Assembly: GCA_000091165.1 (NCBI GenBank)
Contig: FP565575.1
Coordinates: 2,010,001-2,042,000, forward strand
Length of the DNA: 32,000 bases
Source: Candidatus Methylomirabilis oxygeniifera
GTDB taxonomy: Bacteria > Methylomirabilota > Methylomirabilia > Methylomirabilales > Methylomirabilaceae
Direction: 5' to 3'
This document shows, one piece after another, positions 16,295-24,010 of the stretch (positions within the stretch are counted from its first letter, which is position 1; every line of letters begins with the position of its first letter). A program made the position numbers and the translations under genes. A model generated the notes under the pieces. That model ran no database searches, was not told where the DNA came from, and saw only the letters and a program-made list of their open reading frames with translations.

Positions 16295-18859
16295 CTACGA
16301 TCCTTCAGGGGAGGTCGGGCCTTTCAGCAGGGAGACCTTTCCACTGCTACCATCTATCCTGACTTGGCCCTTATCCGGGAGCAGCAACGAGGCATGTTCC
16401 AATATGACAGCAGGGATTCCACTTTCACGGGCCAGACACGCGCCGTGGGCAAGGATGCCGCCGGTCTCCATTACCAGTCCGGCCGCCCCCTTGATGTGAA
16501 GATACATGCCGAGACTCACTGCCGGAACGACGATGACGTCATGGGCCTGGAGGCTATTCCCGTTGCTCAGTGAGTCGAGCGTATCGGGGTCGATAATTCG
16601 AACTCTCCCCACCGCTTCACCGGACGAGACGGGGACGGCTTGAAATTCCTGCGCAGTCTCAAGCCGTGGCGGCCTGCCGATCTCCTCAAGCGAGCTCTCG
16701 AAGATGACCCCGGGCATCCACTTGCGCTTGGAGAACAACAGTGCAATCTCCCGCTCTTCGCGTCTGACCCGCATCTTTTCTCGCGCCGGCGTCAGATCGC
16801 TGAGCAATTCCGACAGCTCACCCGGAAACAGATAGAAGATCTCATCACGCTGAAGCGTAAGCTTTTGGCTCAATACTATCAACGCTCGCCGAATAAGGGC
16901 GTACTCCGCGACCAGGTAATACTTGATCGTCTCGCGGAGCGGCAGATATCGTCTGGCATATGTCAGCTCCGTAAATAGCGTCTGGATATCGAGCTGACTC
17001 GCGCCGAACTGCACCATTCGGCTCCGAACCTCTGCCTCAGCCTGCTCTCGGCATTCTACCTGCTGACGCGATTCGGCAATCGGACGATAAGGCGCAGCCA
17101 TGGCCTTCCTGAGTAACCGTTCGAGGCTCAGGGGGTCGTCAGCCATGCGAGGCATCGCAATCTCCAGTTCGTTCTGGGCAAGATGACCATACGTCGCAAG
17201 AAACTCCTCACGCGATATCTGCTGTTGCGCAAGCCTTGACAGGTCGAATCCTTCCTGACCGATCTTACTTGACTGCAGCCCATGCAGCAGTTGCTCAATC
17301 AGCCCATCGGCCTCGCCACCACACCACACGGGCAATTGCTGCTTCACCCGTTCGGTAAAGAAGAAACCAAGCCTTGCTGCAATCACGAAGTGTACGGCAG
17401 TGTACTGCTTCAGGTGATTCAGGTAGCCCCAGATCTTTACGACGATCTCTGCACATGACAGGCCTGTAAGGGCAACCGATCGCTCCCGAGCCAAGTAGCG
17501 CCGCAGTCCAGGCTCTATCACGTCAGAGAATTGTGTGTAGGACGCCTTCCCCCACCTCATCATCCCGCTTAGGAATTCGAGGAAGCGGTCATGGTACTTC
17601 CGACCCTCATCCGGTCCGAATCTTCTCACAGCCTCATCGAGGGTCAACCCCTGCTGATAGAGCCCGAGCTCCGGATAGTTGGCCAGGCGCGGATCAGCCT
17701 TTACCCGGTCCAGGTACGCCGCGATATCGAGAGGAAAGCCGACCTGGAACGTCTTCGCATCCAGCTCAAGGTTAAAGTAGGGGTGCCCACAGATCAGCTC
17801 GAACAGCCCTTCGGAGGTCTCGTCGCCGAGCGCATACCCAAGCCGTCGGCGGCCAAGCTGGATGCCGCCCTCGTCGCTGAAGATCGATGTGAAGATTCCG
17901 AAGCTCATCGGTGTAGGCGTAGGCAGGATCTCGGCGATATTGCCGTCGCTATAGACCGCCTCGCCGCAGGTGAGCGTCCCTTGTCGCCTTAACTCGGCGA
18001 TCCTGCCGCGCAAACGATCGATCTCTTTCTGCCGGTACTGTGCAGCCTTCTGCTCGTACGAGTCGCCGGCCGCCGAGATGGGCCTGGTCTGCAGGATATG
18101 CATCCGCCGTCCCGCAATGGCAAACTCGATATCCTGGGGGTGGCCGAAGAGCGCCTCCAGCGCGATACCGGCATCAACAAGCTCGCGGAGCTGGGTCGGC
18201 GTAAGCGTTGTGCCCTTTTCGGCGTTTCTCGTCTCCAGTACTCGGCCCTCTCTGCTCACGTGGAATGTGTCGCCCGACACCAGGCCAGACACCAGCGGCT
18301 CGCCAAGACCGAACACTGCATTGACGACGCACTCATCCTGGCTGAAGGTCACCGGGTTCAGGGTGTAGATCACACCCGAGACCTCGGCATCCACCATCTC
18401 CTGGACGATAACAGCCATGCCTCGTCGGCTGCCGTTCTCCTCCAGGCCCACCTGCCGCCTGTACAAGGTAGTGCGTGGCGCCGTCATGGAGCGCACACAC
18501 TCGGCCACAGCGTGGATCAGTTCCACCTCGGAGGCAACATTGACGCACGTCGTGTAGATACCGGCAAAGCTGGCGTGGCGGAGGTCCTCCAGGGTCGCCG
18601 AGCTTCGCACCGCCACCCGCTGAAACCCCCTCGCCCGATAAGCCGTGATAATCGCTGTCTGCAACCGCTCGTCGAGCTCGATCGCCTCACCGGACGATCG
18701 GATCGCTTCTTCGCAGGCGTCGGCAGGGATGACGAACCCTCTCGGCACCGGGAAGCCGGCCCGCATCATCAGACCCAGGTGCAGCGCCTTCCGTCCGACA
18801 CGGGCCAGATCACCCTCCCGGACATCCTGAAGATCGATGATACGGAACTGCTCCGTCAT
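16295..18859 (-). CDS. PEP-utilising enzyme with PEP synthase / rifampicin-phosphotransferase-like architecture: N-terminal PPDK_N ATP-grasp domain, a large central domain, and a C-terminal swivelling phospho-His domain
   Basis: 854 aa. The N-terminus is VGRKALHLGLMMRAGFPVPRGFVI...VAVRSSATLEDL...GMAVIVQEMV...DIEFAI...ILQTRPI. The C-terminus is GLVMETGGILAHGACLARESGIPAVI, with the catalytic His codon at 16445-16447. Its ATG lies 5 nt after the stop of the upstream U32 gene. Confidence 0.85.
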   Translation of the reverse strand: MTEQFRIIDLQDVREGDLARVGRKALHLGLMMRAGFPVPRGFVIPADACEEAIRSSGEAIELDERLQTAIITAYRARGFQRVAVRSSATLEDLRHASFAGIYTTCVNVASEVELIHAVAECVRSMTAPRTTLYRRQVGLEENGSRRGMAVIVQEMVDAEVSGVIYTLNPVTFSQDECVVNAVFGLGEPLVSGLVSGDTFHVSREGRVLETRNAEKGTTLTPTQLRELVDAGIALEALFGHPQDIEFAIAGRRMHILQTRPISAAGDSYEQKAAQYRQKEIDRLRGRIAELRRQGTLTCGEAVYSDGNIAEILPTPTPMSFGIFTSIFSDEGGIQLGRRRLGYALGDETSEGLFELICGHPYFNLELDAKTFQVGFPLDIAAYLDRVKADPRLANYPELGLYQQGLTLDEAVRRFGPDEGRKYHDRFLEFLSGMMRWGKASYTQFSDVIEPGLRRYLARERSVALTGLSCAEIVVKIWGYLNHLKQYTAVHFVIAARLGFFFTERVKQQLPVWCGGEADGLIEQLLHGLQSSKIGQEGFDLSRLAQQQISREEFLATYGHLAQNELEIAMPRMADDPLSLERLLRKAMAAPYRPIAESRQQVECREQAEAEVRSRMVQFGASQLDIQTLFTELTYARRYLPLRETIKYYLVAEYALIRRALIVLSQKLTLQRDEIFYLFPGELSELLSDLTPAREKMRVRREEREIALLFSKRKWMPGVIFESSLEEIGRPPRLETAQEFQAVPVSSGEAVGRVRIIDPDTLDSLSNGNSLQAHDVIVVPAVSLGMYLHIKGAAGLVMETGGILAHGACLARESGIPAVILEHASLLLPDKGQVRIDGSSGKVSLLKGPTSPEGS

Positions 18860-18864
18860 GTTTG

Positions 18865-19833
18865 TCAGACGGCTGATTGTTCAGCCCGCCAGATACGGAA
18901 GCGGTCGCGTTGGACCCGCTCCACCTTCCACCGATATTTCAACTCCTCCCATTCCGGAACAAAATGTTCCACCACGGCAGGGTTCGGGGAAGCCAGGACC
19001 TCGTCGAGGACCTTTCGGTAAAACCTGGTGATATCCCGCATCACCCCATCCGGATGCTCCCGCCCGGGGATCTTCAGATAATCGACCCCCGCCTGGATAT
19101 AGTCCGGCAGTTCGTGAAGGACGAGGGATGGACTGCTTTTGAGGCCTACCCGCTTCGCGGCGGAATCATCCGTGCGGTCGATATCCCATCCCGCCTGGCA
19201 GACACGATGGCAGCTTCCGCCGCGATTGGCGCTCCCAAAGCAATGATCTTTTCCCTCGGAATCGATCCATCGATCAAAACGGAGGTAGGGGCTCATCGTG
19301 CATCGGCCGGGGCAGATAATCCCTTCCTGAAGCGACGTAAAAAGGAAGACCTCGATGCCGACCGGCACGTCCGCCTTGATCGCGCGGATCTGATCGACCT
19401 CGACGCCCCATCGATAGGAGAGGATGACAACATCCGCGCCGATCTGCTGATAGAATCGTACATCCTCCCGATTGCAGACCGCACACGTCACACTGGCATG
19501 AATATCGACGCCAGGGAAGCGGCGGTGCAGTTGCCTGATACAGCCGATATCGTTGAGGATGAAACTTGACAGGCCCCAGCCGATATACTGCTCGACCTTG
19601 TGATAAAAGAGGTCGATCTCCTGCGGACCGGGCAGGCTGTTCATCGCAACCTTGACCTCCTGCCCCCTGCTCCGCGCGAACTCGTGAATCTCCCGGATCT
19701 CCTCATCCTGAAGCTCATCCTCAGGAGGTCTCCGGCTCCACCCCGCCGGGCCCACGTAGACGGCATCGGCGCCGGCTTCCAACACGGCGATCGCCATCGC
19801 CTGTGTGCCTCCTGGAGCCATCAATTTCACCAT
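18865..19833 (-). CDS. U32-family Fe-S protein, UbiU-like paralogue 3
   Basis: The start is trimmed to the ATG at 19833 (RBS GAGGAAGGAAACGATC). It begins MVKLMAPGGTQAMAIAVLEAGADAVYVG and contains LKIPGRE. The four conserved Cys are IICPGRC and GGSCHRVC (nt 19208-19314). By eye it is about 50% identical to the proteins at 22108-23064 and 21113-22108. Confidence 0.85.
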   Translation of the reverse strand: MVKLMAPGGTQAMAIAVLEAGADAVYVGPAGWSRRPPEDELQDEEIREIHEFARSRGQEVKVAMNSLPGPQEIDLFYHKVEQYIGWGLSSFILNDIGCIRQLHRRFPGVDIHASVTCAVCNREDVRFYQQIGADVVILSYRWGVEVDQIRAIKADVPVGIEVFLFTSLQEGIICPGRCTMSPYLRFDRWIDSEGKDHCFGSANRGGSCHRVCQAGWDIDRTDDSAAKRVGLKSSPSLVLHELPDYIQAGVDYLKIPGREHPDGVMRDITRFYRKVLDEVLASPNPAVVEHFVPEWEELKYRWKVERVQRDRFRIWRAEQSAV

Positions 19834-19856
19834 GATCGTTTCCTTCCTCAATTATT

Positions 19857-20047
19857 GCGTTCAGCAGTCAGCCGTCGGCGTCAGACAACCCCCTGACCCC
19901 CTTTCAAAAAGGGGGGGGACTCCTGATACACTTCCCTGTCTCCCCTTTTTGCTAAAGGGGGATATGTCTATGTTTCCTTACCTCCCCTTTCGTAAAGGGG
20001 GATTGGGGGAATTTTCGTACGCCCTGGCGCTGCGGCGCTTCAGGGCT
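19857..20047. repeat. Composite intergenic repeat: a heptad array plus three CCCCTTT-loop-AAAGGGG hairpins and a terminal GC hairpin
   Basis: Array gcgttcagcagtcagccgtcggcgtcag (19857-19884). Hairpins lie at 19897-19915 (cccccttt caa aaaggggg), 19941-19962 and 19984-20000 (ccccttt cgt aaagggg). ccctggcgc...gcgcttcaggg lies at 20022-20045. The whole element sits inside the U32 cluster. Confidence 0.7.
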
Positions 20048-21005
20048 ACTCTATAAACTCTGCAGCAAAGGTCCCTGGAGGCAACCGGTCGATGCCGAGG
20101 AGCGGCCCTCCCCCCACCTTCAGGAGTTCGTCGAAAAGACGCTCAATCTGCCGGACGGTTGAGCCATCCCAAGCGGTCATCACCCGTCGCCGCCAGCTAT
20201 CGCGAAGGATCGTCAGAATTCTGAGATCGATCCCACCCATGACCTGTTCACCTATCTCAGCCCAGATCTCATCGTTCGCCTTTAGGTAGTCGGCGGTATC
20301 GCAAAACGCACGAACGAAACCGCGCAGCAGTTCGGGGTTCCGCTTGGCAAACTCATCAGTGACGGTAAAAAGGGTAATTGGGACAGCGCCGTCGATTCCG
20401 AGGTCTGCAATCAGGTCGAGCACATCCACGACCCGGCGGTACGCCCCAGTCGCCACCAGGGGCGGGATCAACTGCCACCATTGCAACGCGGCATCGACCT
20501 GTCCGCTCTTTAACAAATCGGCCAGAGTCCCTTTAGAGAGCGCTTCGACAATCGTGTTCTCCTGTTGGGGATCAAAGCCAAACTGTTTCATGCACGCCGC
20601 CCTCAAAATAATCCAGTTCTTGTCGCGCAGCCGAACCACCCCGACGCGCTTCCCGTGAAGATCTTGCAGTCCGTTGATCGATGAGTCGGAAGGAACCACA
20701 AGTCCTCCCGCAATCCGTCCATAGGGGAAGAACGCCGTGACGGGTAGACCATCCGTCCGGTGGCGACCGATGACGATCCAATCGATGTCGATCAGATCGA
20801 CGGCCCCCTCTTTCAGGGCCACCTCAAACGATTGGAACGCGCCTGTGATCTGATCCCGAACCAGGGTAATCTGCAGGTCAAAGCCGTGCTTGGCATCAAG
20901 CTCCAGCTTCTTCATCGCATAGACGAACCAGCGGGGGCTCCCGGTCGGCTCAAAGGCCGCCCGCAGAACCGGTAGTCCGGTTGCGCCGTTATTCACAGCC
21001 ATCAT
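20046..21005 (-). CDS. SsuA/THI5 (NMT1)-like type-II periplasmic-binding-fold protein with no signal peptide and no transporter partner
   Basis: 319 aa. RBS AAGGAG lies 9 nt upstream of ATGATG. The N-terminus MMAVNNGATGLPVLRAAFEPTGSPRW has no hydrophobic leader or lipobox. The two-lobe binding-protein pattern shows in GAVDLIDIDW...GKRVGVV...SGQVDAAL. No permease or ATPase gene is present anywhere in the window. Confidence 0.6.
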   Translation of the reverse strand: MMAVNNGATGLPVLRAAFEPTGSPRWFVYAMKKLELDAKHGFDLQITLVRDQITGAFQSFEVALKEGAVDLIDIDWIVIGRHRTDGLPVTAFFPYGRIAGGLVVPSDSSINGLQDLHGKRVGVVRLRDKNWIILRAACMKQFGFDPQQENTIVEALSKGTLADLLKSGQVDAALQWWQLIPPLVATGAYRRVVDVLDLIADLGIDGAVPITLFTVTDEFAKRNPELLRGFVRAFCDTADYLKANDEIWAEIGEQVMGGIDLRILTILRDSWRRRVMTAWDGSTVRQIERLFDELLKVGGGPLLGIDRLPPGTFAAEFIE

Positions 21006-21027
21006 ACAGATTCACTCCTTGAAAAAC

Positions 21028-21125
21028 AGACTGAAGGCTGAAGGTAGACAGGCTAAACACTTGAGGCTAAAAGTAAGACTTTTTGACCTGAAAGCCTCCA
21101 GCCCAAGCCCCTTCAGCCTATCTGC
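21028..21125. repeat. Intergenic inverted heptad-array repeat (CTGAAGG-type units), starting at the stop codon of the upstream U32 gene
   Basis: Left arm agactgaaggctgaaggtagacaggctaaacacttgaggct. Right arm agcctccagcccaagccccttcagcctatctgcc is an imperfect reverse complement of it. The unit type is the same as at 307-466. Confidence 0.6.
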
Positions 21126-22108
21126 CTGGTGCTTCCCAGCAGCAGACCCGCCCGCCTGGTGCGCTCCATCGTCCACCGCTTTCTCAGCTCTTGCCATTCG
21201 GGAACATACGGCTCCAGCGACAGATCGGTCCCGGATGCCACGATCGCATCGATCAATCTCCGGTAAAACCGCGTAATGTCCTGCATCAACTCTTCTGACC
21301 GTTCCCGCCCCTGGATCTTCAAGTAATCGACCCCCGCCTCGACAAAACCCGGCAGCTCCCATAATTGGAGGAAGGGATCGTTGCGCAACGTACTCTTGCC
21401 ATCGAACTCTCCGTCGGACCCCGCCACGTCCCATCCTCCCTGACAGACCCGCGAGCAGCCCCTGGCGCCGCGATTGGCGGAGCCGATGACCTCATCATCT
21501 GCGCCATCCGACCACTCCTTATAGACGAGGTAGCTGCTCATAATGCACTTACCCGGACAGACGATCCCGAGCGGCATCGGCTGAAAGAGAAAGATCTCTA
21601 CGTTCATGCCGACCTCTGTCTTGATCGCCTTCACCTCATCAGGCTGTAGTCGGTACGGCAGGATGATGCAGCTTCCCCCGAGCGTTTTGTAGAAGTAGAT
21701 ATCCTGGCGGTTGGTCACGGCGCTCCCGATGCTGACATGGATGTCGATCGTAGGAAATTGGCGCCGGACAGCGACGATACACCCGGGATCAGACAGGACG
21801 AACCCGGACACACCCCACCCCGCATACGCTTCGACCTTCTGCATCAGGCGCGGCATCTCGGTGGGGCCGGGCATGGCATTGAGGGCGACCTTGACCTCTC
21901 GCCCCATGGCGTTGGCCAATTCGCTCAGCTCCCTGATCTCCTCATCAACCAAATCCATCTGGGACGATCGGCGGCTCCACCCGCGGGCCCCGACATAGAC
22001 GGCGTCGGCGCCCTCGGCCAGCGCGTTACAGGCCATCCGCAGCGTCCCGCCGGGGGCGAGTAACTTCACCGTCTGCGTCACGGTATGCGCGCCTGTAGTC
22101 ATCGGCAT
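21113..22108 (-). CDS. U32-family Fe-S protein, UbiU-like paralogue 2
   Basis: The start is assigned to the ATG at 22106-22108, which shares one nt with the upstream TGA (TGATG). An internal GTG at 22069 is an alternative. Motifs: VKLLAPGGTLRMACNALAEGADAVYVG and LKIQGRERS. Conserved Cys: IVCPGKC and ARGCSRVC (nt 21443-21559). Confidence 0.8.
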   Translation of the reverse strand: MPMTTGAHTVTQTVKLLAPGGTLRMACNALAEGADAVYVGARGWSRRSSQMDLVDEEIRELSELANAMGREVKVALNAMPGPTEMPRLMQKVEAYAGWGVSGFVLSDPGCIVAVRRQFPTIDIHVSIGSAVTNRQDIYFYKTLGGSCIILPYRLQPDEVKAIKTEVGMNVEIFLFQPMPLGIVCPGKCIMSSYLVYKEWSDGADDEVIGSANRGARGCSRVCQGGWDVAGSDGEFDGKSTLRNDPFLQLWELPGFVEAGVDYLKIQGRERSEELMQDITRFYRRLIDAIVASGTDLSLEPYVPEWQELRKRWTMERTRRAGLLLGSTRQIG

Positions 22109-23064
22109 CAGGCCTTCGCCCGCGCAACGAGACGGTCGTCTCGCCGCCTCCGCTCGCTCGCCCACCGCTTCTTCAACTCCTGCAACTCGGACACATAATG
22201 GGCCGTCACCTCATCGGTCGGAAAAATCTGTAAATCGTCGACAACCTTCCGGTAGAAGCTGACGATATCCCGGACCAGATCATCGGACCGATCCCTCCCC
22301 GGCACTTTGAAGTAGTCCACGCCCGCCTGAATATAGTCGGACAGCTCCTGCAGCCAGAGCAACGGGTTGCCTTTCAGGCCGAACTTTCCGTCGATCTCTC
22401 GGTCATCGGCCGTCGCCTCCCACCCGACCTGGCAGACCCGCAGGCAATCACCGCCCCGGTTCGCGCTGCCGTAAAAGTAATCCTTCCCCTCGTTATCGAG
22501 CCACCGGTTGGAGCTGAAGTAACTGCTCATCGTACACTTGCCCGGACAGACGATCCCATCCAGATTCTCGGTCCTGAACAGGAAGACCTCCAGGCCCACA
22601 TCCAGGGATTGCTTGATGGCCCGGACGTCTTCGATCCCCATCCGGTACGGCAGGATGACGACGCTGGCCCCCAGCTCGTGGTAAAACTTCACCTCAAGGG
22701 CGTTGCTCAGTCCGGCTCCAACGCTGACATGGATCGTGATGTCAGGGAAGTGGGATCGCACCTGAACCATGGAACCGATGTCGCTGATCATGAACCCGGT
22801 GACGCCCCACCCGGTATACATGTCCACCTTCTTCAGGAGGAGCGGGACCTCTTCCGAGCTGGGCATCGTGTTTAGCACAACCCTCACATGCTTACCCTGA
22901 GCGCGCGCCGCAGCGCAGAGCTCCCGGACCTCTGCGTCGGTCAGTTCAGTGTCGGAACCCCTTCGACTCCATCCCCTGACGCCGACATAGACCGTATCGG
23001 CCCCCGCCTCCAGAACTGAGAAAGCCATCGTCCGCGTTCCGCCAGGCGCCATCAGCTTCGCCAT
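22108..23064 (-). CDS. U32-family Fe-S protein, UbiU-like paralogue 1
   Basis: 318 aa. RBS GGGGAGGGG. Motifs: MAKLMAPGGTRTMAFSVLEAGADTVYVG and FKVPGRDRS. Conserved Cys C173-X3-C177-X29-C207-X3-C211 (nt 22432-22548). Confidence 0.85.
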   Translation of the reverse strand: MAKLMAPGGTRTMAFSVLEAGADTVYVGVRGWSRRGSDTELTDAEVRELCAAARAQGKHVRVVLNTMPSSEEVPLLLKKVDMYTGWGVTGFMISDIGSMVQVRSHFPDITIHVSVGAGLSNALEVKFYHELGASVVILPYRMGIEDVRAIKQSLDVGLEVFLFRTENLDGIVCPGKCTMSSYFSSNRWLDNEGKDYFYGSANRGGDCLRVCQVGWEATADDREIDGKFGLKGNPLLWLQELSDYIQAGVDYFKVPGRDRSDDLVRDIVSFYRKVVDDLQIFPTDEVTAHYVSELQELKKRWASERRRRDDRLVARAKA

Positions 23065-23089
23065 TGGTTACCCCTCCCCACGCCCTTCG

Positions 23090-24010
23090 TCACGCAATCG
23101 GAGACAGCGCCTGAGGGCTGAGATATTCCTGCCCGGACACGCCGAAATAAAATCCATTGCAGAGTCCGCTATGCGACACCGATCTCAACTGATCCAGCCA
23201 CGGCTCAGCGGCACACTCCTCGCCGGACTGAGCCTTGTGGAGCGCCTCCCGGTAGACGCGTCCTGCCGTTTCGACGTAGGCGCCCGTTTCCCCAAGCGTA
23301 TAGATGTAGAACAGGTTGAGGTCGCTCTGGACCAGGCGATCCAGATACTCGAGCATGCACAGATCCTTGCCGCTCAGGTTTGCCCTGCCGATGCTCTTGA
23401 GCTCCCACTCTTCATGGGTCAGCCAGTGTCCCTGGGAGCAGCTCTCTTCGCAATGGAGCGGCACCTGACCGGTGTAGTCAGTCACGAAGCAGGTCCCCGA
23501 AATCGCCAGCGGGATCTTGCCGTGCAGAGGGACAATCACCTGAACGGGCGAGTGATCCCGAATATAGATCAGCTCTTCCAGGCTCAGTTCAGCGTTCGGA
23601 AAGACCCGTTCCACCCCATACGCCTGGAGTACCCGCGCGGTCTCGTGCGTGTAGAGGTTGCCGAAGACCCCAAGATGGATCGGGATATCACCAAGGATCT
23701 CGCGCACCATCCCCAACAGGCCCATATTGTGGACCTCGACACCGTCAAGGGGCAGCCCGCGGACACCCTGGAGCAGCTCCTTAATCCAAACCAGGTCGCT
23801 GTCCTTCGGAATAGCGTATGTGCTCAGATAGCACTTCTTTCCCATCGACTTGATCCGCTCCACCCCCGAGACAAGCGTCTCGATATTTCGGGAGAAGTTA
23901 CCGGGATAGAGGGGGCAGGTATAGTCACCCAGGTAGAGTGCATCGTATGCAGACAGATCGATCTCGTGCAACTGCTTGGGTCCGGGAATATGCGTGGATA
24001 ATTCAAACAT
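23090..24010 (-). CDS. U32-family Fe-S protein, UbiV-like
   Basis: The start is trimmed to the ATG at 24010 (RBS GGTGGAGG). 306 aa. Blocks resemble E. coli YhbV/UbiV as I recall it: ALYLGDYTCPLY (Cys32), CYLSTYAI, GKIPLAISGTCFVTDYTGQVPLHCEESC (C-X12-C-X3-C, nt 23448-23501), and a C-terminal CNGFY. Confidence 0.75.
   Translation of the reverse strand: MFELSTHIPGPKQLHEIDLSAYDALYLGDYTCPLYPGNFSRNIETLVSGVERIKSMGKKCYLSTYAIPKDSDLVWIKELLQGVRGLPLDGVEVHNMGLLGMVREILGDIPIHLGVFGNLYTHETARVLQAYGVERVFPNAELSLEELIYIRDHSPVQVIVPLHGKIPLAISGTCFVTDYTGQVPLHCEESCSQGHWLTHEEWELKSIGRANLSGKDLCMLEYLDRLVQSDLNLFYIYTLGETGAYVETAGRVYREALHKAQSGEECAAEPWLDQLRSVSHSGLCNGFYFGVSGQEYLSPQALSPIA

Noticed and set aside
18098-19021. Long antisense ORFs opposite the PEP-utilising, U32 and SDR genes (18098-19021, 18877-19569, 23171-24001, 14770-15459, 17591-17992 and others)
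   Set aside because: The argument is the same as for the uvrA antisense ORF. The opposite-strand genes have clear family signatures, and the antisense translations are Arg/Pro/Gly-rich with no motifs.
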